Source: the human T2T-CHM13v2.0 reference genome, Homo sapiens. From it: DNA of 64,000 bases. The notes under the pieces are model-generated. The model was given only the letters and a program-made list of their open reading frames with translations. It had not been told where the DNA came from and searched no databases. Each line of letters starts with the position of its first letter. Positions within the stretch are counted from its first letter, which is position 1. Positions 21,341 through 37,299 of this stretch are shown piece by piece. A program made the position numbers and the translations under genes. Location of the stretch: assembly GCF_009914755.1 (NCBI RefSeq), contig NC_060938.1. One strand, given 5' to 3'.

Positions 21341-21465
21341 TTCAGCTGTCTGCTTTTTGTCTTAAATGATATTAATGTTCTACCGTAATACTAAGTAAAA
21401 TTAAAATGGGGGGTTGGGGAGGTGGTTTTGTTTTAATATGTCAGTAAAGGCTGTTAAATGGTTGA

Positions 21466-21720
<255 letters not shown>

Positions 21721-22386
21721 TGAACACTGCAAGTGTAGGTGGTGTGGTGATGAGGCAGGAGGCGCCAGCCCAGAGACTCAGGGTCTTATTACTCCTTGGT
21801 GAGAAACAAAACTTCTCCTGGGGAGTCGCTTAGAAGGGTTGCCGGGGCTCTGGACATCCTTGTCTATACTCTGTGGTACTGGGTACGCAATGTATTGGTG
21901 TTGATGGAGTACACTTTATGGCAGGAGGAGAACAGGATTGAAGAGCATACCTAAAACTCAATTTCTACTTCATTCATTACAGGATTGAAGTAATTTATTT
22001 TTGGTAGTTAATAGTATAATTACTAACTGATAAAGTTTCTAGAGTGTAAGTATAGGTAATACTTTAGCCCATAAATAAGTGAAAGAACTAGCAGTGCAGC
22101 TAGTAAATCTAACATGGTTCTTTTTTGACAACTGACACCAGAACCCTTAATCATTTGTTTTTTACTGTTGGAAATGTTTACAGCAGCACTAGGACTCTAG
22201 CCTGCATTTAGGAAGACTTGCCATTTTGCCAAGTGTTTTAAACAGTTCGTGAGGGCTCTCCTTGGGTTTTCGGGGTTGTCCAACCTGCCTGCTGATTCTA
22301 GACTATATCCACAAAGTTCACCCAGGGCAGGAATGAAAAGTGTTTGGTAAAATAAATAGGCTGTTCTCTAGCAAAGCAGTGAGCTC

Positions 22387-22630
<244 letters not shown>

Positions 22631-22667
22631 AAAGAAGAGAGAAGACCCTTCTCGACCACGGGAAGCA

Positions 22668-23425
22668 TCTTCCAGAAGTGTGATTGGGAATAAATATGCC
22701 TCTCCTTTGTATATTATTTCTAGGAAGAATTTTAAAAATGAATCCTACACACCTAAGGGACATGTTTTGATAAAGTAGTAAAAATTAAAAAAAAAAAACT
22801 TTACTAAGATGACATTGCTAAGATGCTCTATCTTGCTCTGTAATCTCGTTTCAAAAACACAGTGTTTTTGTAAAGTGTGGTCCCAACAGGAGGACAATTC
22901 ATGAACTTCGCATCAAAAGACAATTCTTTATACAACAGTGCTAAAAATGGGACTTCTTTTCACATTCTTATAAATATGAAGCTCACCTGTTGCTTACAAT
23001 TTTTTTAATTTTGTATTTTCCAAGTGTGCATATTGTACACTTTTTTGGGGATATGCTTAGTAATGCTACGTGTGATTTTTCTGGAGGTTGATAACTTTGC
23101 TTGCAGTAGATTTTCTTTAAAAGAATGGGCAGTTACATGCATACTTCAAAAGTATTTTCCTGTAAAAAAAAAAAAGTTATATAGGTTTTGTTTGCTATCT
23201 TAATTTTGGTTGTATTCTTTGATGTTAACACATTTTGTATAATTGTATCGTATAGCTGTATTGAATCATGTAGTATCAAATATTAGATGTGATTTAATAG
23301 TGTTAATCAATTTAAACCCATTTTAGTCACTTTTTTTTTCCAAAAAAATACTGCCAGATGCTGATGTTCAGTGTAATTTCTTTGCCTGTTCAGTTACAGA
23401 AAGTGGTGCTCAGTTGTAGAATGTA
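22668..23425 (+). promoter_or_regulatory. miRNA seed matches in the proximal YY1 3'UTR: miR-7 (TCTTCCA 22668), miR-141/200a (CAGTGTT 22860), miR-34/449 (ACTGCCA 23350), miR-29 (TGGTGCT 23404), miR-181 (GAATGTA 23419)
   Basis: 7-mer seed complements read directly from the sequence; miR-7, miR-29 and miR-34 are known YY1 regulators. Confidence 0.6.
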
Positions 23426-23476
23426 TTGTACCTTTTAACACCTGATGTGTACATCCCATGTAACAGAAAGGGCAAC

Positions 23477-23482
23477 AATAAA
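23477..23482 (+). terminator. YY1: YY1 proximal/major poly(A) signal AATAAA
   Basis: AATAAA preceded by several TGTA motifs and followed by U/GU-rich sequence (cttattttcttttgttgt). Confidence 0.7.
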
Positions 23483-25947
23483 ATAGCAATCCTAAAGCAA
23501 GAATATGGCAGAACAAGATCTGTAAGCACAGTCTTATTTTCTTTTGTTGTCCAGAATACTTATAATTCTTGAGCCTCCCAGAAATTGGAAGCTAAATAAA
23601 GCAACTCAAGTTTCCTTTATTTTGCACTCAATTACAGTGATTATTGATGAAAGCGATGCATGGATATTTTAATACTTCCTACATGTCCTGACTTCTGAAA
23701 GAGAGTAGGTAACAGGCATCCCGAGTTCAGGAACTACCTCAGAACACCCCAGGCCAGGTTGGTCATAGGCTGTGATTTTAGCCCCCGGCAAGTGTGAGTG
23801 AAGCATCTGTACCACCGCGCAGGCTGAGCGCCTGCGCAGGGTAAGGTGCCACCTGGCAGTGGGGCACACAGAGGGAAGACCAGGCCTGTCCATCAGCCGG
23901 CTGCCTTCAGAGGCAGCTCCAGCAGGACCTTGGCTTGTCTGACAGGAAATGCTTGTGGTCGTTGGTTATTTGGTTTGAGAGCCCTTGTTCCTCCATCTAG
24001 TGGAGTCCTTATTAAATGCTAGCAATGTGGCAATTGAGTGCCAGTAGCTTAATTTCATGTTTCTAAATGGACACTGGGTGCAAATCGGCAAGGTGATTAG
24101 ATTATTAGAAAATTCTGCTCAATGAGTACCTCTCACATTGTAACCTCTTAAATGTACGATTATAATGTTGGATCTTAGGTCAAATAACAGACTTGAGAAT
24201 ACTTTATAAACTGCCATGATACAGCAAAATCTCATTTATTCAAAGTGCAAACATACTGTGTGTCTTTCTGTTTTGTGTATGCTTGACTGCAAGATAAATG
24301 ACAAACTAGCTAATACCCGAGATTTATTTACAAATGGCCAGGGACCCCATCAGGTGAAACACATAGCCCATTGTCTTAGAGCTTCTCCATCGGTCCTGTA
24401 CAGGAGGATTGGTGACCTACTAACAGTGACCCTGTGGCTCTGTGGAATTTTGAAGTGCCTTTTGTGAATCATGAATGAAACATTTAACTTGAGACCCTTT
24501 AAAAAATTCATCCAGAATCTGTTACCCCTTGGGTAGTTTGATGGAACTGAGTTAAGCAGAAGACCCCAGCTGTTTTCTGGGTAAGCCAGGCTTTGCTGTA
24601 TCTGGCAGTCAGGAGAGAGGTCAGCCCATGGTGGAGGTCTTCAGTGCCGAGGGCTCGGATGAGAACGTGTAGTTCTTTGACTTGGACCTGGGCAGCGTCT
24701 TCTATGGATGCCTGCCTTGTGAGCACCCACACCTTCCCTCCCCACTGTCGGGTTGAGTAGCCCCAGCGTGGCTGTGTTAGGAGTCCTTTGCCCAACATTG
24801 TGCTGCACTGGAGCCTGGCCCTGGCACTGTCCTCAGGACCCTGCCCAAGGGCCCACCGCAGAGCACACCTATGCTATGGGGAGCCCTGCTGGCAGCCCCG
24901 AGAGCCATGCCATGGCCTGCAGGAGCCAGGCTCCTGTGTGGATGAAGTCCCTCTTCCTCTGTGCCTTGATCCCTTGGGGGTGCCTTTGGTCATCTCTTCT
25001 GTCCTTTCCTGTCTCTGAAATAGTCATCACTCCCCTTGACTCTCTCTGTTCACGTCTTCTCAGTCTGCAGAGTTAACTTCTGTAAGGAGTTTAATCTGGG
25101 GTTCCAAGAAAACAAGTTCCTTGTTAACATAGCACTGACTTTGCAACAATAGAAAACTAACAAATGAGCAACAATATAAAGAGTAGAGGTAGTTCTCATT
25201 GGGTGTAACTTCAACCCATTCTGCTTGTGGTTAGAATTTATAATTTTGCTAACGATGTAATTTACTAAGGTTTGAAATGGTATTCTAACAGTGAGTCCAT
25301 TGTCTTGAGGATTAATCTGATTTATAAGTAATACTGATAGACATATTTTCGTACATCTGAGCAGAAATAAATGCATGTTTCTAGCATATGTAATATAAAA
25401 ACTCCAGAGGATAAGTTTACACTTAACAAGATGTTGTTTTCTATTTTTGAATTTCTTATTATTTCCCCCTTTTTGGTAGTGGAGTTGAGAGGGGGAGCAT
25501 ACTATTTGTATAAAGAACTGTCACCCCAGAGTGACATTTATTTTCCAAGATGACCCTGAACTCATGCTGTTGGTTTCATATGGTGTTTGTGTGCTTTGCC
25601 TAGATTCAAGGCCTGAGGATTTGAGGAAAATCGGGATTTTTTTTTTCCTATTTGGTTTTCATGTAAAAGTTCTAAATGTCACTTATTTTGCTAAATAAGA
25701 CCCTTTCACAGGATAGTGTGCGCAATACCTGTCCGTGTTTCCAAGCAGAGTTCAAGTTCATGTCTTCACAAGTAGATGAGAGTCACTTCCAGTCGGGGGA
25801 AGCCCGCCTGAGCAGTGTTTTGAGAGTGCGTACATTGGAGGACTGCCCCACGTCCGTTTGCACTCTGCCTTGCAAAACTTACTGTGGAGACGTGCCCCAG
25901 ACTGGTCTCAGACCAGAGTTTGTGGCACAGGAAAACCTGGCCCCCTA

Positions 25948-26133
<186 letters not shown>

Positions 26134-27794
26134 CTACCCACCTCCCCCCACCCCCGACTATAGGCAAAGAGAGTTGATCACTTCCAGGGTCTCTGACTTC
26201 TGTGACCTGGAAATCAGCCTGGCTTGGGAAATTCATGTTGTTGATCTTTAATTATTTAATTATTCTTTAATAATCCTTCTATTTTCTTGACATCTGACCC
26301 CCAGCAAGAGTAAGGATCCCAGAGGTCAAAACAGTGGTGAGAGCCAAGCTGCTCACAGACACCCACTTGATGCCACAGCCATGCCATGAGGCTTCCTCCC
26401 AGCTGCTCTGCTGGCTTGCTGAAGCCAGCTCTGAGTCACAGGGTTGCCTTGGACCCTCGGCTGTAGGGGGCACCTGTCTGGCTCCGGGCCCTTTGTCCTG
26501 GATACACTGACAGTAATGTGAGCGCAGCACTTCAGAGTTCAGGCCCAGCAGGTCCTGGCAAGTGCATTCCACCCGAACTTTTAACCCAAGCGGTGGGGAA
26601 GGAAGCCAAAACTCCAAGCTGCACTTTCTTGGGGTTCTGGCCATGCACTTCTTAGCCTTCTCTCTGACTTTACAGGACAAAAGGTACCCCACGCCTTCAG
26701 AATCATGCTTACCTGCACGGCAGCATCTGACTGGATGGCTGGCTAGGTCTCATCCACCCCAAATTACTGACCCTTGATTTATGTTGTTACTGCTCAGGTT
26801 ATGCTCAGATGCCCTGGTTGCCTGAAGATGGTTTAAGTGCAGGCCCTTCAGACAAGTCACGTCAGGCAAGAGAGGGCTGGCCTCTAACCCACAAGAGGGC
26901 AGATTTGTGGCCAAGAGGCTTCCTGGCATCCACCCCCAGGCCCAAGGGATCAGTGTGGTGCCAGAGAGGATCTTTAAGCTGGGACTGTACTGAGGCTTGA
27001 TGGGAAGTATGGGCAGCATGTACTTGACACGTTATCACCCAGTCCCCTTGTAAAATCTGGAATGGAGCGTTTAAGCTGAGCGTTAGCATCAGGTCAGCAG
27101 GCAAAGCAAACCTCCCACAAACTGGGTGCCGTAAGGTGGGAGGTGACACATGGAGAGCTTCGTCCTGGCCGAGCAGGCACCCAGCCCCATGTCCCCCGCC
27201 AGCATTCTGGATGTCAGAGGAGGGTGCGTGTGATGGCGTCACATTCATCTGAAGCACACTGATTGATTTTCCACAAGGTGGCAAGTTTGATCAAATTGAC
27301 CGCTTTTCATGAGACAACCAGATGCTGTAAAAAAAAAAACAGCACTGGGATGTGTTGAGGAGGGGGCAGTTTGCTGTGCTCTGTTCTGTCTGCTGCTCTC
27401 TCTGGGGGCCGCACAATGTCCGCACACATCACGGAGGGGAGAAAGGCATCAGTACCAAACGGAACAACCTCTTTTTTCTACATTGTCCATACCCGGACAT
27501 GTGAGGCTCTATTATCAACAGGTGGTGAGAAAAATTCTGTTTTTATTCGCTTTCTGGTAACTTCTGTAGGCCCTGGCTCAAGGACTTAGCATTTCGTCTC
27601 ATGTACATCTTTTTCTTAAGTGTTCTTTGCCATTTCTGGAATTGTCCTTGGTTTTTCCTTAGCTCATAGGTCATAGATGCAGAAATATAGTATTTAAGGC
27701 ATCCGCATCCAGCATCAGATGGCTTTGCATCCAGAAAAACATTGATAACTCAGTTTGAAGCACCAAGCATGTGTAATATGGCTCTATACAATAT

Positions 27795-27800
27795 AATAAA
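27795..27800 (+). terminator. YY1: YY1 distal poly(A) signal AATAAA
   Basis: TGTA upstream (~27772), AATAAA, then a GU-rich downstream element (tgtggttcttgtttgtt). Confidence 0.7.
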
Positions 27801-28513
27801 TGCATAATGTTAAGCTTTTTAATGCCTGTGGTTCTTGTTTGTTCCTCAGTCCTCTAAGCCACTTCTTTAGTGTTTCACTGCACATGAAACCAGGCCATGA
27901 GCCCTTCCTGGTCTAAGAGTTGCCTAAACTGCCCGGGGCAGTTCTTGCGGCTTGCTTTCTCACACACAGGACTGGGAACTCCCAGGATTTGGTCTCACAC
28001 CAGCAAGAAATGCTTCTGTAACCTTTCAGCTCCAAGGTGGGCTCAGGAGCAAGAGGGCGTTTTAAAGAGAGCCTCACCCACTGTTCAGAAAGCACAGCCC
28101 AGTGAAATGCCCACGCAGCCGGACCTATGAGCCCATGTCAGCCCTGGAAGCTCCGGAGCTAACTGGGATGGACTCGGAAGAACTTGACCAAATACACTGA
28201 GAGCTACTTAGGATTTAGCCAAAAGCAAAATGCAGAGCAGAGCTTCCTCCCTCTGGTTGGGGCCTTGGTGTCTGATGTTCTGCAGAGCAAGGTTCAGAGT
28301 GAGGCGTGAAGTTCATTATTACTTGAATACATGTGACTTTCCCTTTTTGCTAGTGACAGAAGGGGCTGCTGACAGAATGCTACTGAGGTGGCAAGTCGCA
28401 GGCCTGTGCAAGCCCAGAACTGCTGAGTGAAGGCCCTAAGTAGGGCTGAGCTGAGCAAGACGGTGGAAAACCTGTAGATTTTACATGGGAAGGAACTAAA
28501 GCTTTGGAATTGC

Positions 28514-30072
<1,559 letters not shown>

Positions 30073-30169
30073 GCGGGGGGGGGCGGGGTAGCTAGGGAGG
30101 GAGAGGAGGCAAGGAGGCAGGACGGGGTCTGAGCACGCCCCTCAGGTGTTTGCATGGCTTCTTCTTGGC

Positions 30170-31080
30170 CTGCCACGTGCGTCTGTACCGGACCCTAGGA
30201 ATATCCCGGGAGCTGGTGGCCAGCCCTAGCCCCTGCCCGCCTGGCCTTTGGCCAGCACTTAGCGCGGGCAGCCCTGCCCGCCCCCAGACCCTTCTGGGGA
30301 CTTGGGCCGCGCCTTTGCCCCAGCCCTTCCCTGCCACCCTGCAGTGCTCCAGGGCCTGTCCCCACGCTGCTCTGGCGGGCGGCCCCGGGGGCTTCTAGAC
30401 CTGCGCCTGGGCCCCCACCCGCAGGGTGCGCCGCCGCCGCCGGCCGCAGGAGGGCACTGTGCCAGCGGGCCCCGGGGCTGGGCCGCGTCCGCTGTGGGGA
30501 GGGGCTGCGCGTGCGCAGCGCGGAGCGGCCCGGACCTCGCGGGGACCCGAGGCGCGGTGGGGGCTGTCCAGAATCCCTGAGTGTGGGGTCCCCGCGAGCC
30601 GCCGCCGCTTACGAGCGTCCCCCGCGCGGAGTGAGCCCAGGGCCACGGGGGCGCGGAGATTCAGAGCCCGAGAAACGCGGAAGGAGGCTGCGTGCACCCC
30701 ACCTGCCCGAGGCCTCGGGCGGAGGAGACTCCCGCCGCCAGGGCCACAGGGACACGGGGCAGGGCGGTGCGGCGGCGACGCCCGAGGAGGGAGGGGCCAC
30801 ATACCAGGGGGCCCCAGCTAAGCAAGGCCCTGGGACGCCCCCCCTTCCCCCCGGTGGAGCAGCGCCCCCTGGAGGGCGGGGTGGGAGAGGCTGCGGTCCT
30901 GGGATTAGGGGGCGGGCCCGGGAAGCGGGGAGACAGGGCCTTGGGGTGCCGGCCCAAAGGGACGTCCTGGAGCCCTCCAAGCTGGGGATGCTTTTCCTCT
31001 CCCCACGGAGAGCTCCACCACGGGCGTGGCGGGGGCTCCTACCATCACCCTGCCTGTAGGTTCTGGAGCCACTCCGGCCG
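30170..31080. promoter_or_regulatory. Intergenic (orphan) CpG island with NRF1 motif (30506-30517), GC boxes and CTCF motif (30860-30876, - strand)
   Basis: CpG-dense non-repeat ~0.9 kb; TGCGCGTGCGCA; reverse complement CCTCCAGGGGGCGCTG. Confidence 0.75.
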
Positions 31081-33132
31081 CCCCAGCCCCTCTCCAGCCC
31101 ATCACCGCTTCACCCTCTGCCCCCAAGGGTGTTCTGGCCTCACAGTGTACATTCCGTCTTCCCTGGCCCGTCTCTGTATTGCCTGGCAAAACCCAACCTG
31201 GCCCTGTACTCAGCAGCCTCTGCTCTCACCCATTCATTCACTCATTCATTCAGCATGCTGACTTTGCACCCCTGGCCCTCATGGAGCTAAGGTAGAGGTT
31301 GGGGAGATAAACAAGAAACCGGCCAGTACTGTCACAACACCAAACAGAGCCCACCATGTTCCCCTGTGTCTGCTCTTTGTCCTGTGTCCTCACCATCCCC
31401 AAGGATATTCAAGCCAGATTTGAACTTACTCATTCACCCAAACTTTGTGGGACATCATTACAGCTGGCGTGGTGTTGGCTGGCCTGGCAGAGCATGGCTG
31501 GGGGGGGGGGGTGTTGCTTGCAGAGGGGCGCTGGTGGGGGGGTCTGGCATTCCCCACGATCCTGGGGGAGGTCAAGTCGGAGGAGAGCAAGGCTGAGCAA
31601 GGAGCCCCTGGGGCACAGGCCCATTCCCCTCAGCCTCTGCCCTATCTCTGCTGTGCCCTGATCAAGGTGGACACTGGCCCCACCGCCTTTCCCAGTTCCC
31701 TGGGAAGTGGCCTCTGGACCCAGCAATGCATCTGCCTCTCCGTGGGTAGGTGGGTACCATGAGGTCAGGGGTGTGTAAGAAGCAGCAAGGAAGCTGAGAC
31801 CCAGGAGCATGGGACCTGGACCCTTGCCCTGGCCAGGCCCCCTCTGGTTCTTGCATTGCCGCTCCAGGGTTGCCTGGCCCCAGCTGATCCTGCTGAAGGG
31901 CAAAGGATGGGCTGACTGGCTCCTGGCGCTGGCTTCAGCACCAACTAGCTGTGTGGCCTTGGACAGGGACCCTCCCCAACTGGTACCCTGCACTGCAAAA
32001 TGGGGGTGCCAGCACCGACCTTGTATGGCTGTTGGGAGAATGAAGGGATGGGTGTGCATAGGGCTGAGCCATCCCTACAGTCACAAGAACCCACCCAGCA
32101 CAAGGAGGGCTGGTGAAGGTCCCAGGTCAGTGTGGCCTCACGGGTGCTTTTTATAAGAAATGACTCACTAAAGGCCCAGGCCAATGATGAGAAGGGCACA
32201 AGGAGGCTTATGCTCCATTCACTCCATGCACCTGATGTCCAAAGGGATCAAAAGAAAAGGGAAGGGGAAGTCTGTGTGTGAAGCCAGTGTGGGCTCTGAG
32301 ATTGGAAAAACAGTTTATCAGATTTGGACTCCCCAAACTGCCACTGCTTTGCCTGAACTCTGCACCAAGGACCTGAGCACCAGCCCTCACGGGGCCTGCC
32401 CCCTTCTCTCTGCCCTTCCACGCTTTAAGCCTCCCTCCCCCTTTCCCACCCCAGAGACAAATGCCTTGGCAGTGCCGTTTCATAGCCCTTTCCCTTAAGG
32501 GGTCAAGGAAGGAGCCATAAACTCCAGATCCCTGCGGAGTTCAGACTCTAGCTCCTGCCACATAGTTTCGCCTCCCTTGACTGCACCCTCAACACCTCCA
32601 AGGGCTTCTTCTGCCGTTTATTCCCCAGTGGTCTCGCCCACCTGCCACTGGAGCACCACCCCCCCCCCCCCCGAATTCCTGGCCTCAAGAGGTCCTCTGG
32701 CTTGGACTCCCTCATGGCCTCTGCCCCCCACCCTGGCCTGCCTCTTATTGCCTCCTAACCTCCTGTGGGGTCTTCAAAACATAAATTGGATCCTGTCACT
32801 CCCCTGGGTAAAACCTGCTCACAGCTGCTGATGCAACGAAATAAAGTCAGCTCTGCATGGCGGCTGGTGGTGCATTTGGCTGCAAATGACAGGAATAGTG
32901 TGCTGAATGAGAGGAGTGTGACCAGCCTTCCAAGGCCAGGCTGGCTCAGTGGCTCACGGCCGTGGTCTCTCCCACTGCACCTCCAGGCATCCTATTCCCT
33001 TTTCAGTGGGAAGCAGAGAGCTAGGTCAGAGACCAGAGGTCAAGGGGTGTGCCACAGTGTGTTTTACCTGTTTCACAGCTTTCTCAGAAGCTGTCAGACA
33101 TATGGCCAGCTCCGGCCGCAAGACAGTCTGGG

Positions 33133-33440
<308 letters not shown>

Positions 33441-33864
33441 GACAGTTTGGGAAGCTGTTTTGATTAGACATACTGAAGCCCAGATCAAGTTGAGATTTCA
33501 AGAGCAGTTGGCACTTAGGAGGATCTGCCACTGTCCCCAAGGCACTGCCATGTGACCCGCCCTGGTGGCCCTCTTGAACGTCTGGCCCTGCTGTCCTCCA
33601 GGCCCTGCCTCACCCCCCTCCCCAGCCCCCACCCACCCCTTCCACCTCGGGACCTTGGCTACATCTGCCCTTCCAGCTACAGCCTAGTGGTATCTGTGGC
33701 CCCGTCCGCTGCTGCTCTTCCTCTAGGACTCTGCTCAGACGTGTCCCCCAGTTACTCTCCCAAACCTGACTGGAAAAGCAAATCAAGCAAAGTTTATCCA
33801 ATGAAATATGCCATGCAGCTGTCAGCAGGAAGGAGGACCATTCAAACACACCAATACAGAGCCC

Positions 33865-34300
33865 TGTTGAAGGTTGGATTGTGGCCCCAGAAAAATCCGT
33901 TCAAGTCCTAACTCCAGGCAACTGAATTTGGCCTGATTTGGAACCTGGTCTCTGCAGATGTTTTTAGTTAAGATGAGGTCATACTACAGTAGGGTGGGCC
34001 CTTAATCCCATATGACTGGTGCCCTTATACAAAGAGAAGACATGGAGACACAGACACACAGGAGAAGGCGGCAAGAGATGGTGGCAGCGATCGGAGCGAT
34101 GCTCTTGTGAGCCTAGGGAGCCAAGGATTGCCAGCCGCCCCCAGAAGCTTGGAAGAAGCAGGGAACAGTTCGTCCCTCAGAGCCCCCAGAAGGAACCAAC
34201 CCTGCCTGCAGCTGGAGTGTGGCCTTCAGAACTCTCAGAGGACACTTGGCTATTGTTTAGCCACAGTGTGTGGTGTTTTGTTACGGCAGCCCTAGGAGAA
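33865..34300 (+). mobile_element. MLT1C-like MaLR LTR
   Basis: ttaagatgaggtcatact...agggtgggcccttaatcc...ggaaccaaccctgcc...gttacggcagccctagga. Confidence 0.7.
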
Positions 34301-34572
34301 GGATGCAATCTCCAGGATCACTGTCAAGGGAAGACAGCAAAGAACAGAACAGTCAGGACCTCGGCCACACTTTGTAGGGGGTGCAGATGTCCCTCCGCTG
34401 CTCCATGCTGGCACTTGCCCAAGATGTGTTGGATGCCCTCTGGGAACTGGAGACTGTCCTCGACTCAGGAGGAGAGGCTGGCCCCTGGGAGGTGGAAGGA
34501 GGTTTTCCTCTTCACTGCACAAGCCTGGATTCTGGTAGTATTTTTAGTTTTTAGCACTTCATATATCACTTA

Positions 34573-34892
<320 letters not shown>

Positions 34893-36168
34893 TCAAATCA
34901 GGGAGAAAAGAAAATGTAAAATAAATTCATTAAAAACAACAACTCTACTCCCTGCCTGGCAGATGTGTTGGTCATGTGAGGCCGCTGAACTGGGAAGTGG
35001 GAGGGAGCTAGAAGCCCCCCGCCCCTTCACCTTGCTCCTTGCCGCACCACTCCTCACTTCTGAAGGGCTGGCCTGTCTGTGTGCTGTCCCCAGAGGGCAG
35101 GCAGCCGCAGGGTTCGTGGAGAAGCCCCAGGGTGAGCAGGGCTCAAATTAGTTCCTGACAAGGGTCACGTTGGGGCCTTTCTAGAGAGTGCAGATGTGTG
35201 GAGAGATCCAGGGTGATGGGGACCACAGCCACAGGCCACACTCAAGCTGCCCTGAGAGATTCAGCCACCCAGGCCTAGAGAGGCAAAGGGGCTGCCAAAG
35301 CTGGACATGGAGGAGCTAGGGAAGGGGCCCCTCTCTGTGCCCATGGCCAGGGTGTTTCCCCCATCCCTGGGAGCTTCCCCTGGTTTATTTCAGAGTAAAG
35401 AGAAGCGAGAGAGGCCAGGAGACCCCAGGGGTCAACAGCCAGCTTCCTCCCCGCCTCCTGCCTCCCTGTAAAGCCCAACTTCCCAGGCTAGCACTAGGGT
35501 TAAACAGGCACAGGAACTGGGGCCCCTCCCCGACTCCCCCTTGTCAGTGGGCAGAGCTTCTTGGCTCAGCACTTGGGAGGGAAAGCCTCCAGGGCTGGTG
35601 GCTGCAGAGGCTCAGGATGCCAAGGGCTGACTCCAGGAGGCTGAACAGAACTGCAGGTGAGGTGGGCAGTGAGACCCCCACACCACACCTTTGGCAAAGC
35701 TCCAGGATGCCCTCTTCCAGGAAGCCCTCTCTGACCTCCTAGTTTGGGTTAAGTACAGTTGTGCCCAAGTTGCCCGGGTGGCTGAAATGGTCAGCTCCAC
35801 TCAGACCTCCCCTCTTCCAGGAAGCTGTTTTTGGGACACACCCTGCCCCTGCTGCCCCGCCCGCCAGTGCCCCTCACCACAGGCCTCTCTCTCTCATTGC
35901 TGGGATGATGATAGCAGAGGGGCATCTGCTGAATGGCCAGGCTGCACCAGCGTGTTCACGCCCTTCATTAGCTTGCCTTGCAGATGAGAAAACAGGCTCT
36001 CAGATGTATCCGCAACTGCCCAGGTCACATGGCCAAGGCTGCTGTCAGGGTCCAAGGGCACACGCACCCCTGAGCTGGCCCCTTCGACTCCAGGGCAAGG
36101 GTGCTGAATGAAGCCCTTTCCTCCACCATATGCAAAGGCAGCCTCGCCACTTAAAAAACAAAGAACAC

Positions 36169-36174
36169 TTTATT
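36169..36174 (-). terminator. SLC25A29: SLC25A29 poly(A) signal AATAAA (3'UTR ~36150-37317)
   Basis: tttatt on + strand = AATAAA on -, ~1.15 kb after the stop codon. Confidence 0.65.
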
Positions 36175-37299
36175 CCCTTGACAGTTTCTGTACAGCGACA
36201 CCAGGCTGTGCAAAGCCCAGTGTCGTCTTCACTGAGCACATTCCCCAGGACGCCTGGTGCAGCCCTCCTCTGCCCCAGGCCCCAACTAGCCACCCCTGTG
36301 CCCACTAGCAGGCCCTGTGCCTTCACAGGGATGAAGCCCTGGCACTGAGAATGCCTGGGAGGCACCGTTTGCTGGGGAGCAGAGGGACTGACCTTTGGCT
36401 TCTTTGTGGCTGGAGGTGTTCCAGGCCTGGTGAGGGGGTCCCATACTGTTCTCTGCTGAGCCCTCTGCACACTTTGGGGGATCCTGGCTGGCGGTGGTAG
36501 GTGGGCCGGAGACTCAGTTGTCCGTCAGCTGGCCATGTCCCCATTTTATGGACAGGCAGCCTGAGGCCCAGAGGCGGAAGGATTTCTCCTTGCCACAGCT
36601 GCATCACACTTGAACTGTCCAGACCTCCACCGCTGGCCTGTTTGCTCCCCACCCTAGTCCCGCAGGCTGATATGGTGCCTCCAGCAGACTCCATGGCTTC
36701 CCGGAGGGTGCAGGGTCCCCAGTTCACCCTCCAGCAGGAGTGGCAGCAGCTGGGGTACCCCTAGCAGTGGCATGTGGAGAAGCTGGGGTATGCAGAGGAT
36801 CCAGTTCTGTGACACCAGGAGGCACACCAAGTTTTCCTCTGTCCCTAACACAGACCAGAGGGGTGGCCCACCACCCCCCCGGGTGGAGGATGTGTGGAGT
36901 TAGAGGTCCCTGGGTGGCCCCTTGGTTGGCCATCAGAGACCCCCGGGAGCCAGCCTGCAGGGCAGGAGCACAATGACGTGGCCAGGATCCCAGAAAGGGG
37001 CTGGAGTGTCTGCCTCAGTTTCCAGGATAACGGTGCAATGGCCTCAGCCAGGCCAGGTGCTGGCTGCTGCTGGGAATAATCTCTGAGCTTCGTGACTCTA
37101 CAGTGTGGGCATGAGGGTCCTTATTTCATAGATGAGAACACTGAGGCAAGTGCAGTTCTCGGCCAAAACTACCCAGCTGATCAGCAAAATTCAGCCCACA
37201 TCTGATAGACTCCACAGCTCGCAGCATCCCAGCAGGAAGCAGGGCAATCGACTCAGGGGCCAATTTATGTCCCAGGTTTCTGAGAAGGAGCCCTGGGGA

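Noticed and set aside
30395-31261. Overlapping 120-190 aa Pro/Gly/Arg-rich ORFs on both strands
   Set aside because: Expected from stop-codon scarcity in a CpG island; no domain or splice structure seen.
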